Shown here: one piece after another, positions 37,394 through 50,015 of the stretch
How positions within the stretch are numbered: position 1 is the first letter of the stretch
How the letters are laid out: the number at the start of each line of letters is the position of its first letter
Origin: Antedon mediterranea
Lineage: Eukaryota > Animalia > Echinodermata
Assembly: GCF_964355755.1 (NCBI RefSeq)
Contig: NC_092673.1
Span: 62,001 to 126,000, forward strand
Reading direction: 5' to 3'
Length of the DNA stretch: 64,000 nt
Notes under the pieces: model-generated
What the model was told of the DNA's origin: nothing
The model's database searches: none
Seen by the model: the letters and a program-made list of their open reading frames with translations, nothing else
Program-made: the position numbers and the translations under genes

Positions 37394-37516
37394 TTACCGT
37401 GCGGTTAATTAAACTGATAACATTGTTGGCGGTCCGCGGTCTGTCGGCGAGAGTCAAGGAACCCTTGATCTCACGTCGATGCATATCCTTCTTTTCTTTA
37501 ATCCATGATCTATATA

Positions 37517-39298
37517 GGGTGTCACGAAACCTAAGACCACGAAAGCTAAGACCCCCTAAGACCTAAGATCACGAAAGCTAAGACCCAAGACCTAAGATTA
37601 CAAATATTTATCTTTCGCACCTGCCTTGTTTTTTAACTCCCAACATTTATTCTGAATACCACACCTTAGAATTGGCACTTTCATGAAAAAGAATCACATA
37701 AAAAGTAACAAATACATTTTTAAATTGATGATTTTACAGACGTTTTTCTCGCACACAAAATGACTAGCCTACAGCACACTAGAGGTAGGCCTACCCCATG
37801 TTCAATGTTTTTGTTTCTATGGAACGTCAAAAGAGCAAAAATTATAAAAGAGGGCTGAAAACTCTGTGGAGTCCATCTACAGTGTGGATGTAAACGTACC
37901 AAATTTCACAATTACAATTTAAGAACTTCTCATTTAAACATTCCTTTTGCTAGACTTACTAAAACTAAATTTTTTATAACTATATCAGGTCCTAATTTGT
38001 GGAATCATATCCCACCAAATATCAAAACGTCAATATCATTATTTACTTTCCGAAAAAAGTTAAAGAATCATTATATATCTAAATATTATACTGCTTAGTT
38101 AATATGCTTATTATCATTATTTATACTCATATACTATGTCTTACACAAAATATTAGTTGTTGTTTATTATTGCAATCTTTAATCTATACTATATATAATG
38201 TATATATAGTATATACTATAAATATACTGGAATTATAATTTATGTATACATATTTTTTTTTTTCATTTACCAATATCGGTAGTTATTTCATTTATAATTA
38301 TCATGAAACTATTGAAATATAATTTAAATAATTTTTATAAAGAAGATGTTAGTTATGTTATTATACTGTAATTTTTTATCCTTAATTATATATTCTAGGT
38401 TATTTTTATTTTTTTAGTAATGTGTTTTGTTGTGGGTCCCTACGAGACAAGTTTTTAACTTCTAGAAGGGATCCATGATAATAATGACTACCAATTACTG
38501 CTTTATCTATGTTCACTTTAATATCTTTTTTCTATTTTGTATATATTCATTCATTATTATCTAAATAAATATTATCTGAATTAGAATTAGATGGAACAAT
38601 GTAAAATTAAAATTGTAATGATAATAGTATAATCATGCAAGTACGAAGAAATAAATGCTGGCAAATACATTTTAACTTAAAAATTATGATAAGTTTTTTT
38701 GTTTCGTTTTCTTTCTGTTTTTATACTTGTACTATTATTGTTGCTCTTTTGGCGCTCCATAGAAACAAAAACATTGAGCATGGGGAGCTCGAGGAGTTAC
38801 ATTACAGTATACAAAGAAACACGTCTTTAAAATCAGGATGGGAAAGGATTTATTTATTTGTTATTATGTGTTTCTCCTTCTGAAAGTACTTATAAGTCCT
38901 AATTTTAAAGTGTGGTATTCAGGATAAAGTTAGTCAACAAATTTGGAGTCAAAATACAAGAAAGGCAGGTGCGTAAGAAAAACATCCTCTGAACCAACAC
39001 ATTGGAGTAAATATATACCAACAAACAACCCGTCAAGTTTGTTTGTTGTAAAGAAAAAATATACATTTACTCAACGGGCGAAAATAATGTGAGTTTATCT
39101 ATGTTTTGCGGTAGTATTAAATTATATTTATGGTAATAAATGAAACCTACTGTGTTTAAAATTATGTATGGATAAACAAGTATTGTTTTTAAGCTGTAGT
39201 ATATCTTAGAATTTGTAATCTTAGGTCTTGGGTCTTAGCTTTCGTGATCTTAGGTCTTAGGGGTCTTAGCTTTCGTGGTCTTAGGTTTCGTGACACCC
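37517..39298. mobile_element. MULE-like non-autonomous element with long, internally repetitive TIRs
   Basis: gggtgtcacgaaacctaagacc... / ...ggtcttaggtttcgtgacaccc; 10-bp TSD gatctatata (37507-37516, 39299-39308). Confidence 0.85.
37895..38575 (+). mobile_element. LINE (L2/CR1 group) 3' end inside the MULE
   Basis: Translates HNYNLRTSHLNIPFARLTKTKFFITISGPNLWNHIP..IK...FRKKLK. Confidence 0.7.
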
Positions 39299-40682
39299 GA
39301 TCTATATAATATTAAATTACAGTATGCATTTAACCATGTAGGCCTATGCCGTTACCGGTGTAAACGTGTTTTTAATGTATGGCTAAGCAGTGGATTTTAC
39401 ATGAATCTCCTTAATTTTTGATGTGATTATCTAGTGATTGGCTAGCCATCTACGTCACAGCCAATCACTGGAGAGAGAAGAAACTATAAATTAATATACT
39501 GTATTTATTCGAATAAAAACGCTCCGCTTTGAATACTATAAACGCCCTCCTCAAATAAACGACCCCACCCCTCCCCCCATCTATTTGATTATAACATAAA
39601 CACCAAACAAAATAAACGCCTCCCTCGAATAAACGCATACTTTTAATGTAAACATTGTTTTTAAACTATTTTAACCCTCCTATTGCCTGTTTTAAGTATA
39701 TATGACGAATGTATTACTTTTATTTTGCCAATGGAAGTTCGTATAGAGCGATATCACTGTTGATTCGCATATAGATACAAACATTTCAATGTAGTTTTAC
39801 AAGCAAAAACATCGTAATTAGAATAACACAATCACAGCAGCTCGTTAAGTTAATTAATTATGCTATTAAAGTGTGTTGTTATGTTCATTTAAATAATCAT
39901 CGATTGCATTATAAACCGTTTATTGTAATTTATGAACAATTATCCCTCTCTTCACAATAGCATAATTGTATCATTATACTGTATTTTTAATATACCAGCT
40001 GTCATTGGTACAAGCTGTGTATGTGGAGGTGTATGAGCCCATACTAATTTGATTTAATCAACTGTAAACATTATCATATTGATTTAAATCAGTAATCAAT
40101 AATAAATACACTTCACGACACGGACGGGTGGCATTCTGCTGGACCAAATACTCAAGTGAAGTGTTATAACACGTTTTGAAGGATAATTTACTGTATAATA
40201 GTATTTCAGTGGTAACTTAAAGGTAAGATTTCCAATTTTTGTTTAGGGTTAGGTAATCAGGTTTTGTTTCCCAATTATATACAAAGCTTCACGTTCACGG
40301 ATATCCATTTAATGTATGACCTCGTAGATAATAATAACTCTGAACGAATATATGATATTATTAGGCCCGGATGTTGCCTACGGAAGATACTCACTGGATA
40401 GGACATGCAATAAAAAAAATGTTTTAGGTGAAAATTATCAGCAGTCCCGGAAAACTTGTTATGCCAGGACACACTTTTTATTCTGACCTATTCTGGTTCT
40501 TTCTTTCACACAACAACAAAAATATACATAGTCATAATTAGCCACAGCAGAAGGAACTTTTAGACATTACAAAAAAAAAACCAATATATCATTATTATTT
40601 TAAAAATATAGATTTAAGATAGAAAATTCAGAAAAAAAAATGAATTTCATTATTTTGCAGTGTTTTATAGGCAGATACTAGG

Positions 40683-42716
40683 ATGACCACGAACCAAAGA
40701 TACATAATTTTTGCCGTTCTCATTGTTTTTGGTGTTTTGTTTTACGTGAATATCGATCATTATTTATTCAATCATGACACATCACATTTTGAAGGTACGT
40801 TAAATGAACTGTTTAGCATATGAACCTACTATTGCAGGCACAAAGTTTATGTCGAGATTGTGACTTGTGTGTTGGGCAGTAACATGTAGGGCCTACACAA
40901 AATTTTGCTCTTAAATTTCTTAAAATGGACGATTTTGACAATTTTCGTATTTTTATTTAGTATTACAAGAAAGAAACAGGTTACTCGATGTTGTACGCAG
41001 TCTTGGAAACGCAAATCAGTTACCAAAAGAGAAAAATAAAACGAAGTATTCGTTTAATAATGCAGGAATTGAAGAAGTAAGATCCAAATAGTAATATAAG
41101 CATATCATTAGGCCTACAATGTTTTAAGTACCAATTAATCATTATTATGCTTTGCTAACTAACAAAATTGTTTCAACAAATCGGACGAAAAGTTGCCTCT
41201 TTAGAAGGCGATTGTGCAAAGTGTAGCCTACATTATCGGACGAAAAGTTGCCTCTTTAGAAGGCGATTGTGCAAAGTGTTGCCTACATTATCGGACGAAA
41301 AGTTGCCTCTTTAGAAGGCGATTGTGCAAAGTGTAGCCTACCTTATCGGACGAAAAGTTGCCTCTTTAGAAGGCGATTGTGCAAAGTGTTGCCTACATTA
41401 TCGGACGAAAAGTTGCCTCTTTAGAAGGCGATTGTGCAAAGTGTTGCCTACATTCTTGTTTGTAAAGAATCTATTATTTTTAAAAAATAATCAAATTTTA
41501 AATATTGTAATACTGTATAATTATATGTCTCTGTGTACATAATCATTTTCATTGTTTCGAGCCTCCTCTGTTTTCCATATGATTTTTTTATGTTGTTTGA
41601 TTTTGTCTGTTTCTTTTATAATGGAGAGAAATAAATATTTCATATTTAATATTTTATTTAAATATTATTGTCATCTAAAGTTTAGGTTATTACAGCAAAA
41701 TACAGCCAGCTGGCCTAAACATGGACGTCTGTACCTAGGCCTACACGAGTCAATGGCCATATAGAGTTTATATAGTCTGATATTCATTTTATATCTTTTA
41801 ACCATTTCATATTTATCATAAGTTATGAATCTTGTTAAAGTTATGTGTTTGAACAATGTTTTTTGTTTTCCAGAAACATAGCGAAAAATTCATCAGTGAA
41901 AGTGATCCAGAAATAGTAGTGAAACATAGAGTAGAATCTACACGTAAAGTTTGTGAAGAAAAACAATTTCCAAACTTCTATTCAGAATTTAAATTTAAAG
42001 ATACAGGACACATGGTTGTGGATGAGGAACACAAATTTATATTTTGCTACATACCAAAGGTATCATGTAGTTCGTGGAAAAGAGTATTAGGTTCGTTATA
42101 TAACACGCATAGAAATGGTCAAAGACATTTAAATCAATATTCTCCTGAAGAAATCAAATATCGCCTAAAAAACTATCGAAGAGTAATGTTTGTACGTGAT
42201 CCTATTACTAGGTTTTTATCTGCATTTCTTCATAAATTCTACACATCCAAACCACATGTTATTGATATATGGGAGCGAACATATGGTCATCAAATAGTGG
42301 AGCAGTTTCGACCATGGATGAATTTAAAGAGTGGTCAAACAAGTTTAAATATTACTGTATCTGAGTTTATCAAATACATTGTTAAATTAGGTGAAGATTA
42401 TAGAATAGATCCGTTACGAGATCATTGGTTACCGATGTATAGGTCGTGTGATCCGTGTAAATTTCAGCCAGATTTCATCGGTCATTTTGAGAATCTAGAA
42501 GTCGAGGGTCAATATCTTCTAAAATGGTTAGGTGTTAGTGATTTAGTGCAATATCCAGAGTATCATGTTTCGGACGCAGCAACAAAGCTTGTAAACTCAT
42601 ACGCGCTTGCAGAGATGGGGTTGATGAGAGCTCTCCGAACTTACTATCACCGGGATTACGAATTGTTCGATTATTCCGCTAATGACACAATGAGAAAAGT
42701 TTTATTCGGAGAATGA
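40683..42716 (+). CDS. Carbohydrate sulfotransferase (CHST8-14 / Sulfotransfer_2 family), type II membrane protein
   Basis: Exons 40683-40794 (TM), 40961-41076, 41874-42716; 5'PSB CYIPKVSCSSWKR, 3'PB FVRDPITRFLSAF, HWLP..CDPC, DYELFDY. Confidence 0.9.
41181..41452. repeat. 55-bp intronic minisatellite x5
   Basis: tcggacgaaaagttgcctctttagaaggcgattgtgcaaagtgtagcctacatta at 41181, 41236, 41291, 41346, 41401. Confidence 0.95.
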
Positions 42717-44599
42717 ATTTATAGTGTTATGTTGTTGTGTAGATTAGATTTACTGTATTTTTATTTTATAATATAAAAAATATCGACATTATTATTATAG
42801 GCCTAGGCCTACTATGTGGCTATTTCATATATTGAGGGTTTGAGTTCCTCATCCTTATTTCATACCTTCAATTTATGGGAAGCGCTAATTAAGTTATTGC
42901 TCGTACATACTATACTAATAATTCAATTTTATTATTTAAAGTCTATTTTCAGAACTTTTCAGTATTGGTGCTGCTTTATCTCTATTTACTACCGATTTCT
43001 GTTTTATTCATTCTGTACTGACTTGGTCATGTATTTTTCTACGTCGTTCAATATTGCAAATGCTCACTTCATTCAAATCTCCGTTTTTTATTCTTTGAGA
43101 TCTATGAAGAGCTCATAGGGATATTTTCTTATTCTTCTCTTTCCCATTTCTCTTTTCTTATTTCAGTTGGTGCGTCACAAGCTTCACCGATATTCTTGTA
43201 ATCGTCTCTTTTTTAAGATTCAGACTTATCTCTTTTCTACCCACCTATAAAGTACTTTACGATCTAAATCTACGAATATTTTTGCTTTATGTATTTATTT
43301 ACTATTTTTCAATTGCTTTGATTTTATAAATAACAACAAAGGTATTCTTCCCACCAGATAGATCTACTGTATGTATTGATAACCTATGTCAGTAGCCTCA
43401 TTCTAACAAACAAATCTTACTATTTTTCTTATTGTAATTTTAGAAATGTTCTGGCTGATGAAGGCCTATCTTATTATAAAAAGTTATTATAATAAATATG
43501 TTTTATATATGTCAAATTATTGTCTTTATTGTAATTCCATCCAACTGTTGTTGTTGAGAGCGTTTTGTAAATGCCAATGTGTTACGGTAACTGTCAAAAA
43601 TAAAAATGTGTATTATGTATTATTGTGTAAATGTATACAACTACATCTTGTCGTTTGTTACGTAGGAAGACATAGTGAGAGAGAAGTAAAAGATGATTAA
43701 AATACTGATTGTATTAATGCATTATTACATATGGCAATAAAAGAAATGGGTTCTTCACATTACTGACAATGTTATTCTATACAATGTTTTAACAGTCCAG
43801 ATAGATGGACTAAAAGGTGCAGGGGCAGACAGGGGAGGGCGGTGCTTGCCAGAAAAAAAGAGCAGAGAAGGGTGGGAAGAAAGAGGAAACACATATATAC
43901 CGTAATATCATTCTACGGCCCGGGTTCCTGATATCAACAGCGGACGCGTGGTTATACAATGGAGGATTGAGAGATACGATACAATGGAGGATTGAGAGAT
44001 ACGGGACAATCACTTTATAGTAGCTGAGAACCCCAAATTTAGAACTCCCAGGCCATAATAGTTTTGACTAAAAATTATAGTTTCCTCCATAACACGTCGT
44101 TCTTTATACAGCTGCTTATACTTTTATTTCACATTTTATATACCACAGTTTTTCATAATTAATTGTATAATGTATTAATAATTGCAAACTAAGCCAAATG
44201 ATACGTACTGTATTAATTAAAGCTAGCTATTTAATTACAAAGGCTTTGCTAGGCATTTTTTTTTTTGTCTTTTGTGAGATTCACTCACTTTTATTCATTT
44301 AATCTATATCAATTTTGTTTCAGTAGAAAACTATCTCTGCAGCTTAAAGTTTTATTGTTTTTCTTATTTTTAGTATTTTACATATATAAAAAGTTAAAGC
44401 ATTTAAAAAATAGACAAAAGTTATATGAAAGTATGCATCACATAATATAGGTTCATAATTGCCATTACAACATCACAAAATAAAATATACTGTAACTCAT
44501 ATAGCACCAGTAAATAAAACTAGTAAGGTAGAAACCATACTAGAATACTAAGAATTGTGTCGTAATAATATTTTCTCGTGTTTTTAGCCTGTTATTGTT

Positions 44600-45092
44600 T
44601 AACAATTATACATTTTTACATTGCTAAAATAATATTTTTTACTTTTTCCCATTTTTTTATGCCTTCCTCTCTTTTATACACTATCACATTCCATTCTGAA
44701 TAGAATTCCTTGTTTAAAAGATTTCCATAAATTAAAATAACTTTTATTTGTAACATCAGCCAGTATCTTTTGTTTATAAACCGTGAAAGCAGCAAATGTA
44801 TATATAAAATCAGTAAGAATATTTCTTGTTCCAATTACCAGATTTTGAAAAGACATGTTTATATGATTGGTACCTTTTAAAACAATCTCTATTTTTGTCC
44901 AAAAACCTTGAATAAATTTACAAGTAAAAAACATATGCTCCTCATCTTGTACCTCTCCACATCTACCACATATATTAGTATCTTTTAGTTTCCAGATAAA
45001 CAACCTTTTGTTTGTTGCTAAAATTCTATTTAACAGTTTGTAATTAAAGTGTATTAATTTGTTATCTTTCATTTTACAAACTTTAGAGGGGA
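44600..45092 (-). mobile_element. L1/Tx1-type LINE ORF2 C-terminal zinc-finger fragment
   Basis: FNYKLLNRILATNKRL...CGRC...EEHMFFTC...FW; probable continuation (KWEKYF) just right of 48217. Confidence 0.8.
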
Positions 45093-48000
45093 CAGGCCCG
45101 TAGCCAGGGGGGGTTTTTATGGTTCGGGCGAACCCCCCCTTTACAGCGAAACCCCCTTAACCGACTGCGAACCCCCATCCCCGACATGCCCAATACCTCA
45201 CCCTCATCTCCGAAAATCGTCCAAATACGTGCCCCACAGTACAAAAAGTTGTTCGTAAATTAAAAAATTCGTAAACTCGTTCGGAATAACTCATACAGTA
45301 CCTTCTTCCCTGTATGAGCGTACTTCGAGCGATATAGTCTGTAAATTTCTAAGAGTTGCAAATGAATTGCCGATTTTAACCTGAAAAATAAATGTTTGGT
45401 CCCTGCATTCAACATGATATTGACGCGTCTCACAGCGAGCTGGGGGACGAACGATTCGTACAAAGGAAAGGACACCGCCAGACAACTGCGTACCAATTGT
45501 TTAGATCACTGGCAGTCAGGCAGCATGCATAAAGTATATAGCCTTCCGACATACATCAGTATTTATGTGTGGCTATGAAGTATAATGTATCATAGAGGAT
45601 TATAGTGAATATTAATATTTTACACTATAATATCTATGGTATCATGTACTGTAGTTCACATTATGGCATCCGATTATTTTTTTCTAGACCACCAGCCGAT
45701 ACGTACTCAAATGTATCAATATCACCTATTTACATTGGCATATTTAATTTCCTCAACAAATTGCTGTAAATAAATATTATAGATAGAGCTATAATAAGAA
45801 TTGCATTTTCCTTCACCCAGTGTGCTTTTTTCGGGGCTTCTCCTAGACGTACGTTCGCATTGAACTTGAACGCAAAACAAAATATCGAGTAAAATGATCT
45901 AACAATCGGCGGTTCCGCACAGAGCACGCGCATCTAACATACGGCAACAAATGTTATCGTTTAAATAGTCCACGAGTCAAAGTACGATCGTTTTGCTCAT
46001 CATTGGTAGCATGCTGCATGAGAGTGTCTTTTCCGGCCATCTAGGGGTGTCATTTAACAAAATTTGCTTCGCCGATACGTACTCAAATGTATCAATATCA
46101 CCTATTTACATTGGCATATTTAATTTCCTCAACAAATTGCTGTAAATAAATATTATAGATAGAGCTATAATAAGAATAGCATTTTCCTTCACCCAGTGTG
46201 CTTTTTTCGGGGCTTCTCCTAGACGTACGTTCGCATTGAACTTGAACGCAAAACAAAATATCGAGTAAATGATCTAACAATCGGCGGTTCCGCACAGAGC
46301 ACGCGCATCTAACATACGGCAACAAATGTTATCGTTTAAATAGTCCACGGGTCCAAAGTACGATCGTTTTGCTCATTGGTAGAATGCTGCATGAGAGTGT
46401 CTTTTCCGGCCATCAAGGGGTGTCATCTATATATAAATTTACGTAAGGGCAAAATTCGGTAAATCGCGCGTTATTTCTATAATTTTTACTCGATGGTATA
46501 TAAAGTTGGTTCGTACTTTCGGTACTGATTTTAACCACCTGATGTAACCCTGTTTACTAATTAAATTAAGTTAGATAATAAGTTATTGACGGTTAAAACG
46601 AATTTAGGTTCCAAGATTTGCCCCAAATAGGGGTGTTTTCCGACCGTGGTATACACTGTATAATGGATGTCCGTCTTGAAAAATACCCGCCACAAAAATG
46701 CGAGGAGGCTTCGCATTTTCCTATCTCCTCCTACGATAATTGTTTTTAATAGCTGAAAACCGGTTGAACAGCTAGAGTACACCATCATAATGTTGAAGAC
46801 AGGCCGATTTTCTTTAAAAAATACTATTTTGATAGATTTAATATACGATTATACAAATCTATTGATTTGCGATGAATGGAACATCCCAATCTCTCAGTCT
46901 GCCAGAGTTTGGTTTAACACAAGTACTGTAGGTAAATTTATGAGCCCTTGGTTTAACACATACGGTAGGTAAATATATGGGCCCTTTGAGAATAAACTTG
47001 CGAGATTGTGGATAGGCTCTACTGTTAGATATATAAACACATTATTATATACAAATAAACTTTATACTGACAGTTCTTTCTCAACGTTTGTATTAATTAA
47101 TAATTACCAAATATAAACGTCGTAGTGGTGTATCGTGACATGGTACTTTAATATTTCAATCGATTATGACAGTGACAGTTTTAACTAAACTAAATAAAGA
47201 ATGTTCTCTAATATAATTAGGAATCTCTTGCCATACACGGGGAAAATTAGTGTACAATGAATATTTAAAAGAAATAAATAAATAAATAAAATAAAAAAAA
47301 GTATTAAATCGCAAATGTTTTACTGTATTTAGAGGTATATTATTTATAGGCCTATAAAACATGAAAAAAATATTTCGTTACTGAGTGGATAAAGAATATA
47401 TTTAAAAATTGTTCCTCTTTGTACCTATCCGCTTTCCCATCCCTCAACCCTAATGTTACATACAAAACACAAATTGGGTTTCTTTAAATGAGTCCAAATC
47501 AAAAACTTGGACTCATTTTGTGATAAGTTTCTCCTTCGGAAGTAATTCCCAGGGTGCTAATTTTAGTTGACTACATAAATCATCGTGTCTATTTATTTGT
47601 TTCTGTAAACGACAATGTATAGGCCTATAGTCCTGCGGTACGTACATTTGAAATCGCCAGTTTTGTTACGCTGAAATTACTGTGTATTCGAGAACCATCT
47701 GTGGGAACGACCTAGATGGTACGCGAGCGAATCTAGTTTAACAAAATTTGCTTCGCCGATACGTACTCAAATGTATCAATATCACCTATTTACATTGGCA
47801 TATTAATTTCCTCAACAAATTGCTGTAAATAAATATTATAGATAGAGCTATAATAAGAATAGCATTTTCCTTCACCCAGTGTGCTTTTTTCGGGGCTTCT
47901 CCTAGACGTACGTTCGCATTGAACTTGAACGCAAAACAAAATATCGAGTAAATGATCTAACAATCGGCGGTTCCGCACAGAGCACGCGCATCTAACATAC

Positions 48001-48217
48001 GGCAACAAATGTTATCGTTTAAATAGTCCACGGGTCCAAGTACGATCGTTTTGCTCATTGGTAGCATGCTGCATGAGAGTGTTTTTTCCGGCCATCTAGG
48101 GGTGTCATTTAACAAAATTTGCTTCGCCTCAGGCCCCACCCCAGGGGGGGGGGGGGTTAGGTAACCCAAATACTTAGTGTGCGAACCCCACCTTGACAGA
48201 TCCTGGCTACGGCCCTG
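45093..48217. mobile_element. hAT-like TIR element with an internal 3x ~376-bp tandem repeat (45695, 46071, 47755)
   Basis: TIR caggcccgtagccagg / cctggctacggccctg; no TSD visible; left subterminal similar to 34100-34430. Confidence 0.75.
46426..47736 (+). mobile_element. Non-autonomous Helitron, second copy
   Basis: Inserted at gtca|tttaacaaaa with no TSD (empty site visible in the neighbouring repeat units); TC...CTAG. Confidence 0.92.
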
Positions 48218-48843
48218 TAACCAACATGACTTCCAATATTCAAATTATGAAAATATTTTTCCCATTTTCCTTGACAAACCGGAGGGACAAAAATTTCCTC
48301 CACAAAACAGGCTAGGCCTTTTTAGCAAGGGCCTAGAGGTAGCTAGAAGTTGGCCCGAGTAACCCGCCCGCCCGCGCTAGAGTGTTCGGCCTCTAAGCCG
48401 CTGTGTTCGCCTGCTCAGTGTAACACTGGTAGTAGGCCTAAATACTGTACAACAAAATGGGTAAGAAGTAGGCCTACTTACTTACAAATTTGCATTTTCC
48501 TCCATATATCCATTTGCCACAAACACTGTGTAGCCTGAGATAAGACCTATAATCCATCCTAATCCCGAACTGTATCATGCATGCAGCTCATCGATTTAGC
48601 CAAATAATTTTTTACTAGACTAAGCATCGTCTGCTGGTGACGACAGCGCGTACATAGTCGTACGCTGATGCTACGCATACCAAAACTTGGCAGCGGGTGG
48701 ACTTACCAATGTAGATCACGTGGATTTTTAAAAAGTAAAGTACCTGTATGACTTCTGACCAATCAGATTGCTGGGAATCCTAAACATGAATAACATAAAG
48801 GACGACACTGGTACAAATAATGTCTCTTTTCAATTAATTTCAG

Positions 48844-49668
48844 GTGAATTTGACATACAATGATAGTCTTCAAAAAAGGATTAAAAAACGAGTAAACCAG
48901 GCTGCTAGGATTTGCAAGGATGGAAGGTATCCAAACACATCATATTACCGTTCATATAGCGATGTTGGTCATATGATAGTGAACGATCAGTACAAGTTTA
49001 TTTACTGCTATATCCCAAAGGTTTCAAGTAGTTTGTGGAAGCAACTTTTTCATTCATTATATATAAAAACTGGTAGTGTTGGAAAAAGCCGCATGTCGAT
49101 GTTATCAAGGGAAGAAATACAATTGAAAATGGAAACCTATCGAAAAGCTATGTTTGTGCGCAACCCAATTACCCGGTTTCTGTCTTTATATCTTAGTAAA
49201 TTCGTTACAAGCAGTCTAAAGACCCGTTCAACATGGGAGGAATATATTGGTACATCTATCATAGCAAGGTACAGAAAAAACTCCATGGAACACAAGCTTC
49301 AATATAAATTGAACTTAAATATCACATTTTATGAATTTTCAAGTTATATAGTTGATGTCACCTCAAATTATGCTATTGATGAAATCACTGATCATTGGTT
49401 ACCAATGCATAAATCGTGTGATCCATGCCGATTTAAACCAGATTTTATAGGCTATTTTGAAGAGCTTGAAACTGAAGGACCATACTTGTTACAATGGTTA
49501 GGTATTGATGGTGCTGTTCAACTTCCAAAATATCACGTTTCCACTACTGGTAGCCAGTTACGCAATGAATACTCAAAAATTGGCAGAAATAAATTGAGAA
49601 AACTGATAAATTACTACGCACATGATTACAACCTATTTGGGTACTCAACAGAAGCTTACCTTTTATAA
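48844..49668 (+). CDS. Second carbohydrate sulfotransferase catalytic exon (CHST11-like), intact
   Basis: Acceptor ttaatttcag|GTG; CYIPKVSSSLWK, FVRNPITRFLSLY, HWLP..CDPC, DYNLFGY. Confidence 0.88.
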   Translation: MNLTYNDSLQKRIKKRVNQAARICKDGRYPNTSYYRSYSDVGHMIVNDQYKFIYCYIPKVSSSLWKQLFHSLYIKTGSVGKSRMSMLSREEIQLKMETYRKAMFVRNPITRFLSLYLSKFVTSSLKTRSTWEEYIGTSIIARYRKNSMEHKLQYKLNLNITFYEFSSYIVDVTSNYAIDEITDHWLPMHKSCDPCRFKPDFIGYFEELETEGPYLLQWLGIDGAVQLPKYHVSTTGSQLRNEYSKIGRNKLRKLINYYAHDYNLFGYSTEAYLL

Positions 49669-49857
49669 GAGTATTTGATATAATTGATTTGTTCTAGACA
49701 TTATTTTGTTTGTTATTAAACATTATTTATATCAATATTTGATTTAGTATAAAATGATGAAATAAATTTAGAAGAAAACTATAAATACACTAGAAAGAGT
49801 TTTCGATTATTTTATTAAATACAATAGAATTAGTAATATTACAAAGCACAATACATG

Positions 49858-50015
49858 AATATACAATCCATCAAGAGGAAATAATACAAAATAAATCATT
49901 GAAAATCCAGATTCTTATTCACTGTCACTAAGATTTAATACAATCCATCAAGAGGAAATCATACAAAATAAATCATTGAAAATCCAGATTCTTATTCACT
50001 GTCACTAAGATTTAA
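49858..50015 (-). repeat. 77-bp tandem duplication covering the NCAPG stop codon and proximal 3' UTR
   Basis: atacaatccatcaagaggaaat...cttattcactgtcactaagatttaat twice (49861, 49938). Confidence 0.9.

Larger units (their letters stand above)
34673..37506. repeat. ~180-bp inverted repeat pair; right arm split into 35977-36055 and 37394-37506
   Basis: 34673-34853 is the reverse complement of the two right-arm pieces. Confidence 0.85.

Noticed and set aside
42900-43230. Purine-rich minus-strand stretch as a downstream exon of the orphan promoter
   Set aside because: No sustained open frame or clear splice sites found
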